Shown here: piece after piece, positions 39,239 through 54,674 of the stretch
Position numbering within the stretch: the first letter of the stretch is position 1
Layout: every line of letters starts with the position of its first letter
Origin: Octopus sinensis
Taxonomy: Eukaryota
Assembly (NCBI RefSeq): GCF_006345805.1
Contig: NC_043003.1
Coordinates: forward strand, 6,200,001 to 6,264,000
Reading direction: 5' to 3'
DNA length: 64,000 nucleotides
Translations under genes and position numbers: made by a program
Notes under the pieces: generated by a model
The model's database searches: none
What the model saw: the letters and a program-made list of their open reading frames with translations, nothing else
Told to the model about the DNA's origin: nothing

Positions 39239-39868
39239 TTATATTTCGGAATGGTCATTTTGCCAGTTTAGCCAATTAAAAACACACGCACTATATATTT
39301 GGTCTTACTTTGCTTCAGTGTTATTTATTTTACATTAATCTTAATCTTATTTCGGCCAGAGTTCTTTCGTCACACTCCTGTGACCGCATCAGTGGTCCTT
39401 TGTTTTCTTCTTTCTTATTGGGTCTCTCCTTACTAACCGTCAGCCATTTTGTATTTCTATTGTATGTCTTCATTTGCGCATGCTTATATCTCTATGTGCG
39501 TTTATTATATGTGCGTTTATTATATATGTTCATTACATGAACATATATAAACAGAAGATACAAATATTACAGGCATCCCCCACATACACACACTAAATAA
39601 ACATAAACGCACATAGAGATATAAGCATGCGCAAATGAAGACATACAATAGAAATACAAAATGGCTGACGGTTAGTAAGGAGAGACACAAATAAGAAAGA
39701 AGAAAACAAAGAACCACTGATGCGGTCACAGGAGTGTGACGAAAGAACTCTGGCCGAAATAAGATTAAGATTAATGTAAAAAATAAATAACACTGAAGCA
39801 AAGTAAGACCAAATATATAGTGCGTGTGTTTTTATTGGCTAAACTGGCAAAATGACCATTCCGAAATA
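39239..39868. repeat. About 630-bp foldback, arms about 260 bp, near-identical
   Basis: tatatttcggaatggtcattttgcc.. versus ..ggcaaaatgaccattccgaaatata; complementarity continues to about 39500/39600. Confidence 0.93.
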
Positions 39869-39882
39869 TATATATATATATA

Positions 39883-40294
39883 CGAAGGTAAAAAATTATC
39901 CGCACGTTCGCTATACCTTTATTATTGTCTCACTGCCTTCTGCGCATGCGTGCTTATAGTTGGTACTATTGTGGTCATGCAATCGAAGTTTGAGCCAGGT
40001 CACACCTCTGCCACTGACGAGAAGATTCAGCAAGCTCGAGAGATGATAATGGTGAACCGGTTCCCCATTGCCATCTCTCGGATCACCGCTCTTTTCTCTT
40101 CTTTGGTGCTCATTGCTAGTGAAGCGGCCGTGCTTACACTGTAAAAGCCAGAAAGAAAAATGGTGCGATCTGGCTCAAACTTCGATTATGTGACCACAAT
40201 AGTACCAACTATGAGCACGCGTGCGCAGAAGGCAGTGTGGCAATAGTCAAGATATGGTATGGCGAAAGGGAGGATAATTTTTGACTTCCCCTCG
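39883..40294. mobile_element. Mariner-derived foldback MITE with about 125-bp inverted ends
   Basis: TA-flanked cgagggg..aaaaattatcc termini; minus strand MSTKEEKRAVIR and plus strand ATDEKIQQAREMI are transposase-like; central palindrome at 40058/40059. Confidence 0.75.
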
Positions 40295-40344
40295 AATAGT
40301 ATATATAACGTGGGACTCCGTCGGTTACGACGACGAGGGTCCCA

Positions 40345-40680
40345 GTTGATCCGATCAACGGAACAGCCTGTTGGTGAAATTAACGTGCAAGTGGCTGAGT
40401 ATTCCACAGACACGTGTACCCTTAACGTATTTCTCGGGGAGATTCAGCGTGACACACAGTGTGACAAGGCTGGCCCTTCGAAATACAGGTACAACAGTAA
40501 GAGTGAGAGAAAGTTGTGGTGAAAGTGTACAGCAGGGTTCGCCACCATCCCCTGCCGGAGCTTCGTAGAGCTTCAGGTGTTTTCGCGCAATAAATACTCA
40601 CAATGCCCGGACTGGGAATCGAAACTGCGTTCCCGCGACCGCGAGTCCGCTGCCCTAACCACTGGGCCATTGCGACTCCA
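40345..40680 (-). mobile_element. tRNA-derived SINE (family 1 head with a different 3' body)
   Basis: Head ggagtcgcaatggcccagtggttagggcagcgg; 3' body shared with the fragment at about 41195-41345. Confidence 0.85.
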
Positions 40681-41384
40681 CATATATGTGTATACATGTG
40701 TGTGTGTGTGTGTGTGTGCCTCCAATCCCATCCACAACACCATCCTAACAACACTACCTCTCTCCTCTCCCACTTAGTTGTTGTGGGGTGTTATTACTGC
40801 GACAGTTGGGCTCTGGATAGACAGAATCTTTAGTGCGTCGGATAAAACACTACGCAGTAATTCTTCTAACTGTTCATACCCCGAGTTCAAATCCTACCAG
40901 AGTCAGCTTCAAGTGTCGAAGGGCGCTGATATCGATTAAACCAGTTTCCTCAAAGTGACGAGCTTTGCGCTTTAAGCCTAAAAGATTTCAAGGCTGTGGC
41001 TGATAAAGTGATAGTGTTTGCGGCAGTGCAGTATTGGCTGTAGTATTGTGGTGGTGCTTGTAGTGGTAGTACCATGGTGATAGCTGAGCAGCTTATTGGG
41101 TAGTGTGAAGGCACATGGCTTTGTGGTTGGAGTATTCGGCTCACGATCGAAAGGACGCGAGATCAATATGCTGTAGCGCGTTGTATCCTTAAGGAAGATA
41201 CTCCACGTTGCTCCAGTTCACTCAGCTAGCAAAAAGGGGAGTCGTTGTCACGATCTGTGCCACACTGAATCTACCTGAGAACTACGTTAAGAGTACACGT
41301 GTCTGTGGAGTATTCAGCCACTTGTACGTTAATTTCACTGTAACGGTGTCTGATGTTGTGAAGGGTTTGAAGCAAGTGACGGCG

Positions 41385-41394
<10 letters not shown>

Positions 41395-41443
<49 letters not shown>

Positions 41444-41474
41444 GGTGGTGGTGGTGGTGGTGGTGGTGGTGGTG

Positions 41475-41524
<50 letters not shown>

Positions 41525-41537
41525 CGTGGTCGTGGTC

Positions 41538-41585
<48 letters not shown>
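41395..41585. repeat. (GCA)/(GTA)/(GGT) trinucleotide compound tract
   Basis: Direct inspection. Confidence 0.95.
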
Positions 41586-41747
41586 ACGTCGCGGCATCGA
41601 TTACGACCGCCCCCTTCTTCCGCTTGTTCTCTTTCAGAAAAACAAAATGTCCTTACTTGTCTAACCTCAGATATTCGTTGTGAAGCGATAAACCTACTCA
41701 AAATTAGCAGAGCTTTTGGAAGGCGTTACCAGTCAGGACTGAACCTT

Positions 41748-41847
41748 NNNNNNNNNNNNNNNNNNNNNNNNNNNNNNNNNNNNNNNNNNNNNNNNNNNNN
41801 NNNNNNNNNNNNNNNNNNNNNNNNNNNNNNNNNNNNNNNNNNNNNNN
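41748..41847. other. Assembly gap (100 N)
   Basis: Run of N. Confidence 0.99.
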
Positions 41848-42457
41848 TATCTTCTTTCACATGAGCTACGCTGCAGCACATCAGCATATAGGTTTTACTG
41901 TATTTGCATACAAGTCCCAGGACAGCGACTCATTTCGTTTCAAAGTGATCCGAGCAAATGGTATTGATAAACCAAAATGATGGCAAAATATCGGTATCTA
42001 CCATTCTTGGTCACTTCGCGGGGAGTTGTCTCGCCTAACCTGGTACATTGATATCTTTTAACTCTCGATGACGCGTAAGAAGCCTTCCCGTGACGCTATC
42101 CCACAGCAAGTGGGTGTTTAAACCAAGACCATACACTATATATGTGCGACCAATAACGCTTACATTTCTACATCTGCTTTTAATCCGTAATATATTATAT
42201 ATATTTACGTTTTATTTATTATCTTGCACTTTACTTTATCATCGATATATTTTTTATCTTATATTTAATCTTTATATAATATGTAATTTTCTAGATGGTG
42301 TAATTTAATTTTTCATTATTGAATTGATAAAAAGTGGAGGTTTTTCTAATTATATATATATATATTATATTTTTTGAAATTTGATTTAGTATTTCTAAAT
42401 TGAATTTTTTCCTGTAAGTTTGGATTAGATTCCTCATATTATATGATAATATATATA

Positions 42458-42523
<66 letters not shown>

Positions 42524-43796
42524 ATAGATATGCATTCATTCCCACTCTGCCTATTGTTTATGTGCGTACGTGCGCGCGTCTTTGTATTTCTATGTATGCA
42601 TGTGTGTGTATGTTTATCTATGTATATATGTATATTCGGCTATTTACTTGAACCTGAATTTCTTTTATTCTTTTCCGAGCTATGGCCATCTCGATCATGG
42701 GGCATCGCCTATAAAAGTTTTGCTTCAAATTTCACTTTGCCGATCTTCAAATGATTTTTGAAATGGAAACGGTTGATTATCACTTTATGTAAGCAGCATT
42801 TTAAAGATTCGTACAACTTCTGATTCTCTTGCAGCTCTATCGGGAGAACCGTGGAAATTCAAAACATAATTATTCGATGCAAAAATTTCTGTTCTAAAGG
42901 AAAATGGATTTCAAAAACACTCCCATCAATTGAAAAGAATGATTTTAAGTGTATCTGAATGATAATAATGTACATCAAAGAATTTCAAAGATGTTATGCA
43001 CACAAAAATTATAAACTGTGCAACGGAATTCCTACAAGACAGGCAACTGACATTAAAAGAATTTAAGTTTAACAATTTTAATATTTTGAAAAATATTGTT
43101 TTCTACCTTCTTTTGAATCACTGTGGAAGAAAATTTACGAATCTGTAGGTAAGTTAAAAATTGTTGGTGAAATTCAGCCATAGTATCCGAAATAATTCAA
43201 ACGTTTCTTGTTAAAACTGGGAAAAGAATATAACGGTTTTCCCTGAAAATCAAAGTGAAATCCTTTCATAAATATTTGGAAATACGTTCCATTATTGACC
43301 AACCAATCTTAAAATTAGTAATTTTTTTTTTTTCATTTAACCTCTACATTCTTGTCCATGTGTATACTTCTTCACACACAACCACACACACACATACGCA
43401 TACACAAAATGTGTGTGTTGATGGTTCATAGGTCGGCTGCGTTTTAGGGGGAAGAGAATACATTCTCAATGCGCCTGATGTTTGAAACACCTGAAAGTAA
43501 GTCATAGGCAAGCGAGACAACTCACATCAGGTCCCTTCTCGGAGCGACAGACGTCACTGTTTTGTCATTATGCATGTATACATATACACATACCCACACG
43601 AACCCTCATGTATGTATATAAGTAATAATTTTAAGTTTGGGCATATGGCTGTTATTAGGCCGTTTGAAGCATGTTCACTGTCCTTCTCAGCCTGATGCCA
43701 TCAAGAGTATGTATTTACTTCAGGAATTCTTTCGGGTACATCGAGTATATAATATAAATGAAAGCGAAAATGGAATTCACAAGATACTTTATTAAC

Positions 43797-43898
43797 CACT
43801 ACGACCGTTTCGACCCATCGTGCATCAGTTCATCGCGGGTGAAATTCTGTACCACTGGTTATGGGGAGTCGTTCGGTGTAGATGTATCTCGTCAGGTG
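43797..43898 (-). ncRNA. Type I hammerhead with long stem II, intact core
   Basis: Minus strand: cac-CTGACGA-GATACATC..GATGGGTC-GAAAC-ggtc-GTA-gtg; near-palindromic ACGGTCGT. Confidence 0.75.
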
Positions 43899-44008
43899 AT
43901 ATATATATATATAGTCAAATCGAATAATGGAGCATTGAAAATAACAAACAACAAGAGGAAGTGCACATGGGATGTATTAGTTTTACGCTCGGTAAAGGTG
44001 CAAAAAAG

Positions 44009-44038
44009 ACGTTTCGAGCATAGCTCTTCGTCAGAAAG
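44009..44038 (-). ncRNA. Hammerhead core intact but stem I 3' strand deleted
   Basis: Minus strand: cttt-CTGACGA-a-GAGC-tat-GCTC-GAAAC-GTC-tttt; the aaag partner present in sister copies is missing. Confidence 0.55.
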
Positions 44039-44104
44039 GAGAACGGAAAAGTGAAGAGAAGGGAAAATATCACCAACAGCACATCTGTGGTTCCATATAT
44101 ATAT

Positions 44105-44742
44105 GTATTCTTTCTCTTTTATTTGTTTCCGTCATTTGACTATAGCCATATTGGAGCACCGCCTTTAGTCGAGCAACTCGATCAACTTTGTAAGCCTAGT
44201 ACTTATTCTATCAGGCTCTCTTGCCGAACCGCTAGTGACGAGAACGTAAACACACCAGCATCAGTTGTCAAGCGATGTTGGGGGAGGGGTGACAAACAGA
44301 CACACAAACATATACATACATACATATATTTATTTATATGTATATATATATATATATGTATGAATATATATATATATATATAATATATATATATATATAA
44401 TATATATATATATATGGCTCAGTGGTTAGAGCGTCAAGCTTACGATCGTGAGGTTGTGAGCTCGAATCCGGACCGGGCTGCGTGTTGTGTTCTTGAGCAA
44501 GGCACTTTATTTCACGTTGCTCCAGTTCACTCAACTGTAAGAATGAGTTGCGACGTCACTGGTGCCAAGCTGTATCGACCTCTGTCTTTCCGTTGGATAA
44601 CACTGGTGGCGTGGAGAGGGGAGGCCGGTATGCATGGGCGACTGCTGGTCTTCCATAAAAAACCTTGCCCGGACTTGTGTCTAGGAGGGTAACTTTCTAG
44701 GTGCAATCCCATGGTCATTCATGACCGAAGGGGGTCTTTACC

Positions 44743-44783
<41 letters not shown>

Positions 44784-44955
44784 TATACGATACGACGAGC
44801 TTCTTTCAGTTTCCGTCTACCAAACCCACTCACAAGGCTTTCGTCGGCCCGAGGCTATAGTAGAAGATACTTGCCCAAAGTGCCACGCAGTGAGACTGAA
44901 CCCGGCACCATGTGGCTGGTAAGCAAGTTACTTACCACACAGCCACTCCTGTGCC
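44105..44955 (-). mobile_element. SINE family 3 copy split by a nested SINE
   Basis: 3' half at 44105-44330 and 5' half at 44790-44955 match 20663-21070. Confidence 0.82.
44413..44735 (+). mobile_element. tRNA-derived SINE (family 4) inserted in a (TA)n tract
   Basis: ggctcagtggttagagcg..gagctcgaatcc..ttcttgagcaaggcact. Confidence 0.85.
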
Positions 44956-45019
44956 TATATATATATATATAATATATAATATATATATATAATATATATA
45001 TATATATATGCACATATAT

Positions 45020-47385
45020 ATATAATTGGCCCTTTTCGTCTATGCAGACGAGGGGCTCCCTTTCTTGCAGCTTCTTTCATGGCTGCTTCTTCCTATGATT
45101 AAAGCACAGCTTCTGTCACAGTATTTGCATACGAAGAGCGTGGCTCGGCACTGCATTTCTGTTGTTTTTCTTTCGCCACTGACTCTCCTCAGCTTGTTTG
45201 CTTCTGTAGCTGCTCTCTAGCGAAGCAGTTCCTTCCTTCACCACAGTCCTCCATGATGTTCTATCCTCAGCCCTTTCTTCCCAGGTGCCGACATCTACCT
45301 CAGTTTTGCAAGTGTCCTTATACTTCAGTTTTGGTCTTCCTCTTGGTCTCTTGCTTTGGGCCAGTTCTCCATAGAGCAGTTGCTTCGGGATTCGATGGTC
45401 ATCCATTCTCCTGACATGCTCCACCCACGTCAGTCTTCTCATACACAAGATAGCTGTTATGCTTTGAAGATTCGCCTGGGCCAGCACTTCAACATTGGTG
45501 ACATTGTCGCGTCACGTTAGGCCTAAGATCTTGCGGAAGCATCTGAGACGGAAAATGCCGAGCAACCTTTCCTATCTGCTGTACAAGGTCCATGTTTCAG
45601 ATCCATAGAGGAGTGTGCTGAGAACACATGCTTCGTAAATCCTGATCTTTGTCTTGATGCCTAATCTCTTGTTCTGCCATATTCGTTTTGTCAGCCTTCC
45701 AAAAGTTGTTGCTGCCTTCCCTACCCTGACGTTAATCTCATCATCAAGTGAAGCAGTAGAGAATATGGTAGACCCTAGATAGCAGAACCTGTCCACTGTC
45801 TCAAGCTCTTCGTCATCAAGCTTGATATGGCCTTTCACTGCGTCCTCCTGAGTGAGGATGACTGTCTTCTTTACACTGATGACCAAACCGAAGACCTTGC
45901 ATGCTAATGACAGGTGGTCCATCCGTATTTGTAGAGTTAACTCACGGTGAGCAACAAATGCTGCATCGTCGGCGAAGAGAAAGTCTCTTATTGTTGATCT
46001 ATTGATCTTAGTCTTGGCCCGAAGTCTAGAAAGATCAAAGAGTGACCCATCAGTTTTCCAACAAAGGTAGACATCTTCCGACAACTCTTGAAATGCATAC
46101 TGCAGCAATACAGCAAAATAAATGCTGAAAAGGATTGGTGCTAAGACAACCTTGTTTTACTCTGCTGTTGATGTTGAAGCTATTTGATGATATTAAACTG
46201 TCAAACTGAACGGTGGCCTCCATGTCATCATGGAACGAAACAATGAGCTGCAGTAGCATTGGGGGACGGCCACATTTTCCAAGCACCATGTACAGTCGCG
46301 ATCTGCTGACTGTATCAAATGCTTTTGTCAGATCGACAAATGCTATATATAGTGGGAATTGCTGCTCCCGGCATTTTTCTTGTAGTTGACGAATGGAGAT
46401 CTTATCCATTGTTGAGCGGTTAGATCTAAAACCGCACTGGCTCTCTGGTAGTACTCTTTCTGCTTGCTTCTGAAGTCATTTCAGAATGATCCTCACAAAA
46501 GCTTTTCCAGTGATACTCAGAAGTGAGATGCCTCTGTAGTTATTACAATCTCCCTTGTCCCCTTTATTTTTGTAGAGTGATGATCTTGGGATCTCTCATA
46601 TCCTGTGGAATTTTTACTTCCAACCAACACGTCTTTAGTAACTTGTATAAATGTGGAAGGAGTTACCTTTGTTCCTTTTCAACACCTCAGCAGGTATATT
46701 GTCATTTCCGCCGACAAGTTCATCGATTGCAGTGGAGAGTTCTTCATCCGTTGGTGGCATATCAAGTTCTGTCGTTTCGGGGAATTGAGGAATGGCCTCA
46801 TCAAGCTGTCTATCAACGTATCGGTCCTTTGTGTACAATTGAGAGTAACGCTCCACCCATCTGTCCATTTGTTTCTTCTTGTCTGTCAGCTGGTCACCTG
46901 TTGCAGAGAGGTGCCACTTTACTCACTTTTGGTCTAATAACAACTCTAATCTTCTCATACATTTTCCTGATGTTACCCATGTCACTCACCTGTTGAATTT
47001 CTAAGCATAATTTATTCCAGTACAGGTTGGCACATTTTCTAGTTACCTTTTGAAGGTTAGATTTTGCAGCACGTAGTTATTGCTTTGTACTTTGTACTTT
47101 CTGTTGGCTTTCTAATGTGCTTTATGAAGATATTGCGCTTTTTCTCAAGTAATGGCATTAGTATTGATGCATTAGCTTCGATCCAATCCTCCTTGGAAAG
47201 TCGATCCATTCCAAAGGCCCTCGACGCAGAATCATATATTGCTGATTTCATGTTGTTCCACATGTCGTCAGGGGATGAGCAATCTAAGTTTTGGAGCTGT
47301 TCTTCAACATATTCTTCAAATTTGCTTCTCATCGCTGGGTCTTGGGTGTTTTTTGTGTTGATCTTAGGTTCATAAAACATACAAA
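45020..47385 (-). mobile_element. RTE-clade LINE, 5'-truncated, pseudogenised
   Basis: ORF pieces 47064-47375, 46635-46868, 46050-46409 (YIAFVDLTKAFD, VKQGC), 45572-46108 (LFADDAA, FCYLGS), 45116-45487 (RIPKQLLYGEL, RPRGRP). Confidence 0.93.
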
Positions 47386-47529
47386 TCTGCCCATATATAC
47401 ATACACACATACAAACAAACAAAAATACTCTGTTGTTGATGTTGGAATTCCAATGAAGGAACCTTGGATCTAGGTTAGAAACCGGTTCTTTCTCTATTGG
47501 CAAGAAATCTTGAAATAAACTGAATGATG

Positions 47530-49570
<2,041 letters not shown>

Positions 49571-51129
49571 CTGACTCCTCTGACTCCTTCTTCAACGAAG
49601 TCACTCACTGTAACATGTATCTGTGGCATAGAGTGGCAGGAGGTGGGCAGGAGCGGAAGGCCTGCCTCTATATATTCATCTGTCTTTTTGTAAACTTATT
49701 TACTTATTTCCATCTCAAAAGTAAGCAACACATGTTTATTTGTTGAACGCAACAACAACGACGCCTCGACCGACACCAGACACGTTTCTCCTGGTACTCA
49801 GTAAATTAGTTTTGTAACCGATACACAATACAATATAAATAACAACACAGAATATAAATAAGACGCCAGTGTGAGACGGTAAACAAGCAACAGGTCCATT
49901 GGCGGGACTCGAACCATCCCCGTTTGTTTTTCCGCCAGGGATAGTGAGATGGAAGGAGGGAGATGTTTAAGATATCTTAATATCATTTGCATTAAAAATA
50001 TTAGCAATTTTACCATAATTCATGGAATTGGCTTCACCAGTTAACTCTCAAGACCAAATCCAATCCAAACGCCATTATCGATACTATTGAAAAGTTCAAC
50101 TGATTGATTTCATAGGAATCTTCTCACCTGTTTATTATTTCAATTTTAGACAAACCTAGAGGAAGTATTTGAACGCTAATTACTTGAATAATCTCAGCTG
50201 AGAGAAGTTTTTCAATTTACGATATTACATGTGTGAGACTCTGCTATATTTCTGTTTAATTTATAAGGTGTCCTTCCCCCTAGGCTAGGGGATATTTTCT
50301 ATGAGTTATAAAGTATTTCAATATAACAAACACAATCAGATATCTTGAACCAACGAGGGAGCCTATTAGGGGCCGAATAATATGTTAGTACTAACAGCCT
50401 CCACGTTACTCCTTCACGTTACTCACTCAGTTGTGTTAAATAATCTAAGGGCACATCCTATGATGTAGTCTGATAAACCTATAAAAAGTGAGAAAGTCAA
50501 GTTTGTAAAATCTTTAATCACAAATCTCTTGGATTAAGGTTGACTTGAGATCAAACAATCGCAGCAAAATCCAGTTTTGACTGGAGTTAGAGAGAAAAAT
50601 AAAGGTTTACAAAATAGGGATAAGAGCAAAACTGAGTCGTTAACAAAATTCTTTCCTCAGTTTCTGGTTCGATATCAGTGTACGGCACTGAAGGCAAAAT
50701 GCCATCTGCAAGGATCTCGGGTTAACCAAAGCTGCGTCAGTAAAATTACGTGCAATTCAGTCGATGTTGTGTGTGTGTGTGTGTGCATATGTGTGCGTTT
50801 GGACCAGCATTCCATGACTAAACTAAACGCATTCAAGCCGATTTGACAATATACATCTGCTCAAACCTTCATACATGACCTATCGCTGGTCGACTGGTCT
50901 TTCGCACGCACACACACACACACACAACAAACAGCACTCACACATACACATACAACGCACACACAGTGGGCAACAATAAAACCATTAGAATCGGAAATTT
51001 AATCATTCTTCAGTCCAGCTTGGAACAATCCTGGTCAATTGGGGCTTTCGAGTGAATTAAATACGAACCAAAATTTTGCTTCTTTTGTGAGAGAAATAAA
51101 CACATATCGAGGTAGTTGTTTTTACCCCT

Positions 51130-51400
51130 AGGTCTTCTGACTAATGAAAGCAACCCTTATCACAATGATGCCAAGAGAAATGGTCGAGATTCTACAGAAA
51201 CAATACTGTGCCATTTCCTGTGGTGTCATTTAGATGGACTTGAGTAATGGCAGTGAAGACAAGCCCCAAATATATCATCAGAGTCATAACTTCTGGTGAA
51301 TCAGACATTGTAGCAACAATGAATATAATTAAACGCGACTCAGCAGCAGGTTCTGTTAAGTCCTCTGCTTATGTTCTGAACGATTAACAGCACCAGCAAG
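51130..51400 (+). mobile_element. Decayed internal fragment of the CR1-group LINE
   Basis: atggtcgagattctacagaaacaatactgtgc matches atggccgagatactgcagaaacaatactgc at about 23253. Confidence 0.65.
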
Positions 51401-51602
51401 CAGATCACTGGACAAAGACACTGCATAGGGCTCAGATAGATAGGGAGAGAGGGAGAGAGAGAGGGAGAGAGAGAGGGAGAGAAACAGAGAGAGAGAGATT
51501 AAAATATAAGTATACGTGTATATGTATATATAACGTCGCGTGTGTACCGTTGGCGATTTTTTTCCCTCCGTCTTCCCTTCCTTGGATCTTTCCTTTTCCT
51601 AT

Positions 51603-51637
51603 GTTTCTGACGAAGAGCTCCGCTCGAAACGTTAAAT
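51603..51637 (+). ncRNA. Minimal type I hammerhead, intact core, in a PLE-type terminal repeat (51545-51745)
   Basis: gttt-CTGACGA(51607-13)-a-GAGC-tcc-GCTC-GAAAC-GTT-aaat; loopless palindromic stem III AACGTT. Confidence 0.8.
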
Positions 51638-51746
51638 CCTCCTTCTTTCTTTCCTTTCCTGAGCGTCCAATAACACTATACTTGTTCCACGTCCTCGCGT
51701 GGTTGTGTTTTCTCTTTGTGTTTTCATGTTTGGATTAACTATATAT

Positions 51747-51847
<101 letters not shown>

Positions 51848-51879
51848 GCGTGCATGTGTACATGCATGTATATATATAT

Positions 51880-52462
51880 GGTTTCCCAAAATTAAGGCGA
51901 CCAACCTTTTTTTTAATTTTGCCAAAACAAAATATCATATTTCGGATCCGAGCGTTGCGTTACAATGGTAAAGGAAACACAATTATGACACTACCATATT
52001 TATTCGATATGACCACCTCTGTTTCAAACCCCAGCCTTAAGTCTAGGCGCGAATGCTTCAAACGTGGCACACGGCTGTTCCTGCGGAAACGAAGCCCATT
52101 CCTGGCGCAGTTTCACCGTCGAGCGAAGCATCAGGAGTGCTGGAGACTCTCATCTCCAAAATGGACCAAACAGAAAACTTCAACGGGTTGAGATCAGGGT
52201 TCCACGAGGGCCATACATTTCTTCCTATGAAAGACGGAATGTTTTTTTCTGAATCCAGTGTTGTGTCGGTTCGGAACTGTGGGGCTGGTGCCGAGTTCTG
52301 TTGGAGGCTCCAAGGTGTACCTTGAAAGCGCTCATTCACCCGTAGAATCAGTTCAGCTTCCAGAATATCAATAATGTATTGTTGGGGGTTAATTTTAACA
52401 CCCGGGGGCACAACACGAGCGAAGACCTTTCAGTGGCTGTCATTGTCACCCAAACCATAAAT
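51880..52462 (-). mobile_element. Tc1/mariner superfamily maT-like (DD37D-type) transposase 3' fragment
   Basis: FMVWVTMT..PPGVKIN..Y, QQNSAPA, WPSWNPDLNPL.FSVWS and terminal RGGHIE*; ends at TA. Confidence 0.75.
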
Positions 52463-52959
52463 GACTAGATTTTGACGTCGATTTATGAGTCTACCCTCAA
52501 CGGAACCAGAAACCTTCCAAAGTCGGTTGTATATATAAGATCCAGGGATCGAGGTGTAGTACGTAAAGAAAAATGTATAGAGCATTGGAGTTTGATGTAA
52601 AGTACCTTACAGGATTTAGCGGATTTCTGATAAGAAGATCCCAACATTTTCTGATCGACGAAATCCAGCAAAAGTCATCAGTTGAGTTCACTTCTCTTTG
52701 TAACAAAAGTCTTCAAAGCACAATAAATTATTCTCTGACCTTCAGTTGATTCTCGATCACAAAATGTTGACGACAGCTCCATCTGGAGCAAATACATTAA
52801 TAATAAAGTGGATATGAACCCTTGGATGCTCAAAAGTTCCCGGACCGAAAAACCGTGTCATCTTTCTTTTCTCTAACTTTTTAAAAGAGTGCACATTGAG
52901 GACCACTCTGATACATGCTGTGGTTGCCCCATACCAAGCAAAACAGCGTCAGAAGAAAA

Positions 52960-53310
52960 CCACATTATCTTTCATCTTTTAACTTTTATCTCTTTCAAGC
53001 CTTTGACTGCGGCCATGCTGGAGCACCTTTTTTAAAACCTGTTACTTATTTTATCGGTTCTTTTGCCGAACCGCTATGCAACGGGAACGCGAACAAGCCA
53101 AGCGGTGGTGGTCGACAAACACAGATACAAACACTCACACACAGTAATATACGTATATAAGACGGGCTTCTTTCAGTTTCCGTCTACCAAATCCATTGAC
53201 AAGGCTTTGGTCGGCCTGAGACTATAATAGAAGACACTTGCCCAAGGTGGGGACTGAACCTGGAACCATGTGGTTTGGAAGAAAGCTTCTTACCAAACAA
53301 CAACACCTGA
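52960..53310 (-). mobile_element. SINE family 3
   Basis: Homologous to 20663-21070. Confidence 0.85.
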
Positions 53311-53786
53311 GATTACATTAGAGGACAATTATCAAATGAAATATATAAGCATGACAGGCCTTCCTTATAAGAATCCGCCCAAACATTCGGAGTTTTCTTT
53401 TTCCTATGGCTACCATTAAAAGTTGCATCAATTATGCGATGTGAAAGATATGTCAGCAGAATTGTCCATTTGATATATACATACATTGAGTTTATATAAC
53501 ATACATTCTTATATGCATACATATATACATTGTTCATTCATATAAATAAATTTGTGTGCGTGTATGTGAATATATACAAATACACATATATACATATATA
53601 TATATGTACATATAAGTTTGTATATGTGATATGTGTATGCATGTATATATATATACATATATACATACATGTGTGTGTGTGTGTGTGTGTACATGTGCGT
53701 GGATATATAAAAATACACATATATACATATATATACGTACATATAAGTTTGTATACATGATGTGTGTATGCATGAACATATATACA

Positions 53787-53822
<36 letters not shown>

Positions 53823-53829
53823 CGATCAG

Positions 53830-54286
53830 AAGAAAAATAGATGGCATGACAGGCCTTGATTATTGGAAACGTCTCGAAAAACTCATTCTTTATTCTCTTC
53901 AACATGGCCACAAGTGTTATATCATTTGTATGATGAGCAAAATATTCCACTGCTGCCCAAATGATGTTGGCATCCGCTTTAAAATTCGCCTAAGGCTTGG
54001 TCCCCGTGCTATCCGTCCTCTACAAAAGTCATATTCAGGTCACATCACAACATTCTAAGATACATGAGAAAAGAAAAAGACCCCTTAATATTTAAACGGT
54101 TCCTGGACGAATATCTCCACCGAATTCTAGATAAACCACCTAACCCCGAATTTATCTCTGCAGATAATAACTCTTTGCTCGAATGAGCCATGGTACCCAT
54201 GGAAGGACTCGTATCAAACACATTTTATGTGGTGCTATTAAGTTAGACATGGTCTGGGCAAATATCGTCCTAAACTTGTCTAAGTA

Positions 54287-54290
<4 letters not shown>
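53830..54290 (+). mobile_element. CR1-group LINE 3' fragment
   Basis: MTGLDYWKRLEKLILYSLQ.. parallels 24526-24951; same 3' UTR. Confidence 0.88.
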
Positions 54291-54330
<40 letters not shown>

Positions 54331-54456
54331 ATATATATAATATATATATATATAATTAATCAATATAGGGTGGCAAAAAATTTTGTAGAATTTTTTTGCC
54401 ACCAGCGGCCTAGTGGGAAAAATTTAAATAGTCATAGACCATTTTTAAGTTCAACA

Positions 54457-54674
54457 TCACAATCAGGAACGGCCATAATAGGCCATTCACCCACTAGAAA
54501 TAACAGCCAAAGCTTCAACCGCAAAATAACATCAATTCCGTAAACCAGGAGAAAATTTTTAAAAAATGTTTTTTAATTTTCTCCTGGTTTACGGAATTGA
54601 TTTTTATTTGCGGTTGAAGCTTTGGCTGTTATTTCTAGTGGGTGAATGGCCTATTATGGCCGTTCCTTGATTGT

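Noticed and set aside
40010-40045. CTGACGA inside the MITE
   Set aside because: Part of transposase-derived codons; no GAAA
42880-43320. AT-rich stretch with a GIPT-like peptide suggesting an RT
   Set aside because: Frames are closed by stops and there are no further RT motifs
49798-50016. Hydrophobic 72-aa minus-strand ORF
   Set aside because: No convincing splice sites or homology; AT-rich DNA easily yields hydrophobic ORFs
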